64,000 nucleotides of DNA from Eledone cirrhosa (taxonomy: Eukaryota): the NCBI GenBank assembly GCA_964016885.1, contig OZ024747.1, forward strand, positions 33,790,001 through 33,854,000, read 5' to 3'. The translations under genes were made by a program, and so were the position numbers. Of the stretch, positions 61,965-64,000 are shown piece after piece (the stretch's first letter is position 1; every line of letters starts with the position of its first letter). The notes beneath the pieces are model-generated. The model was not told where the DNA came from. It ran no database searches and saw only the letters and a program-made list of their open reading frames with translations.

Positions 61965-63066
61965 AGTTAACTTGTCTTAGACTAAAGTTCTAGTATGTAG
62001 AAAGGAAAATATGGCACAGGTGCCCTCTGGGAAATGGCCATGCTCAGGTGCAATACGTAGCAAGTGCCCACAGGATACTAGCTCGATCTACTCTCCAGAT
62101 GGTTGATAGAAATAGTAGACACTTTCCGTTACCTGGGTGACGAAATCAGCAGTTGTGGAGGGTGCTCTGAAAGTACAGTCGCCAGTGATAGAACGGGATG
62201 GAAAATGTGCAGAGAGCTTATACTGCTGTTGGCTACAAAAGGTTTCTCTCTGAAAATGAAAGGCAGATTGTATGATGCCTGTATACGAACAGCAATGTTA
62301 CATGGCAGTGAGACATGGGCATTGTGTGCAAATGATCTGTGCAGACTGGAAAGGAACGACGCATGCATGTTCTGTTTGATGTGTAATAGTAATATACACA
62401 AACAGCAAAGCATAAATGAACTAAGTGAGAAATTAGGAATAAGAGAGATCAGATGATGTTTACTCGAGAGAAGACTACGTTGGTATGGTCACGTGATGAG
62501 CATGAAAGACAAAAGCTGTATAAAAAAGTGCAGGGCGATTAAAATTAATGGAAGTTACGGAGTAGGTAGACCCAGAAAAACCTGGGATGACATGAAAAGT
62601 CTGACCTTACACACTTGCACCTCTCTAAGACAATACCATTGGATCGAGATCTTTGGTGCCATGCAGTATTACAGAAGATCTGCCTTCCCTACGTGCAAAC
62701 TTAACCTACAGTCAGTAGGCCACTCAAAACCAATCATTCACCCCAACCCACTACCCCTACTCCATCCTCCCACTCCTGCCAACACCACCCTTTCTTTATA
62801 AAGTTATGTTGGTACCACAACATCCAGTCCAAACTAATGAGATCGTGTAGGTGTCATGACACAAAAACAGTCAACGCTGTAATGTGGTCATGTAGGTAAC
62901 ACGGTAAAAAGCTTCCAGTCTACACTGTAAATGTGGTTGGTGTTAGGAACCTGCCAGATAGTCCTATACGAATGAGGCATGGTCACCCACCAATCTTGCC
63001 TCAAGTGGGACAATTTCCGTCTAAACCATGCTAGCGTGGAAGATAGACGTTAAACGATGACGATGA
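61965..63066 (+). mobile_element. 5'-truncated decayed RTE LINE (lineage B-type 3' UTR)
   Basis: FRYLGD, RLYDACIRTAMLHGSETW, GRPRKTWDD; 3' UTR colinear with 27770-28128. Confidence 0.9.
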
Positions 63067-63496
63067 TTATATATATATATATATATGAGCTCTGGCCGTT
63101 TCGACAGCCATATCTAGCTGTCCACCAAAAGAGGTAAAACTCATCAAATTGGACCAATAAAAAAATATTTCTATTGGTTCTTCCATTGCTGAGACTATAT
63201 ATGGGTCGCAGCTCGTGACATGTCAAACAAAGTATCTTGCTCAAAGACATAATGCCTTGCCCGGTCCAGGAATCAAACTCATAACTGTGAATCCAATTCT
63301 CTATAAACTAAGCCGTATGTGAAGATGGGAATTTAAGTGTAAATACTTTGAAATAAACAATTTTACATCATATAAAAATGAGTGTTTCAGGTGGTTTGGT
63401 ATTAAAAAGGTTCACAAATTTATGAAAGGAAAAAATTAAAGAATAAAATTATCCTAAAGTAAATAAAATATGACACCAAATCAATCCTACAGTTTT

Positions 63497-63732
63497 TAAA
63501 CCTTTAGCATTTACATTACTCGATATTTACTATTGTATTTTTGAGGTAAAGATCTTACCTCAGAATTATCACACATAATATTGAATCTATGAGATTTTGA
63601 TATTAATTATTTTGAGAACGATACCTTAACATAAGTTATAAGCAGTCGGCTATGATTGGTTTGAACAGAAGGAGATGAGAGAATTCTGGTTGGAGACAGC
63701 TAGTTTAAATGCTTTAAATGCTAAAGTGTTAT
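63497..63732. mobile_element. piggyBac-like MITE, same family as 4820-5043
   Basis: Shared CACATAATATTGAATCTATGAGATTTTGATAT; ends CCTTTAGCATTTA / TAAATGCTAAAG. Confidence 0.6.
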
Positions 63733-64000
63733 GAAAGAAAGGAGTCACTGATCAATGTAGATCATGATTTGAAAAAAAAAATACAATATGTTCTTGTCTG
63801 GAATGTTTTTGATTATTGGTCTCTTAAATGCAGACGAACAACAGGTGTAATGAACCAATGTAGGAAATTATGTGGTTGATTGATATGTTTGAAATAACAG
63901 TCACATCTCGAGTAAAACATTAAACTGTTTTTAAACTAGGAAAGACACAGTGAATAATTTAGCCCTAAATAAACTGTGTTTAAAATAAATAAAAGATGGT

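Noticed and set aside
63090-63133. Hammerhead on the minus strand (GACAGC/GCTGTC-GAAACGGCCAGAG)
   Set aside because: CUGANGA core and UH site are too degenerate; at best a decayed relic

Overview
AT-rich, microsatellite-rich eukaryotic DNA. The repeat content resembles octopus/cephalopod genomes (inference from the SINE and LINE types). No intact host gene is evident. The window holds two tandem, near-full-length L1/Tx1-like retrotransposons (5601-10673 and 10746-16614), each bounded on both sides by (ATT)n. They sit inside one arm of an older fold-back, so the pre-insertion site can be reconstructed. There are at least two RTE-clade LINE lineages (several copies), three SINE families, a 5S rRNA pseudogene, hAT and piggyBac-like MITEs, and CR1-type and Penelope-like (PLE) fragments. 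The most striking unannotated signal is a dense set of type I hammerhead ribozyme motifs (about a dozen, several families). These include U3-A8 and GCAA core variants and one whose stem II holds a minisatellite. Most lie in non-coding fold-back or terminally repeated units embedded in (TA)n tracts. All alignments and folds were done by eye.
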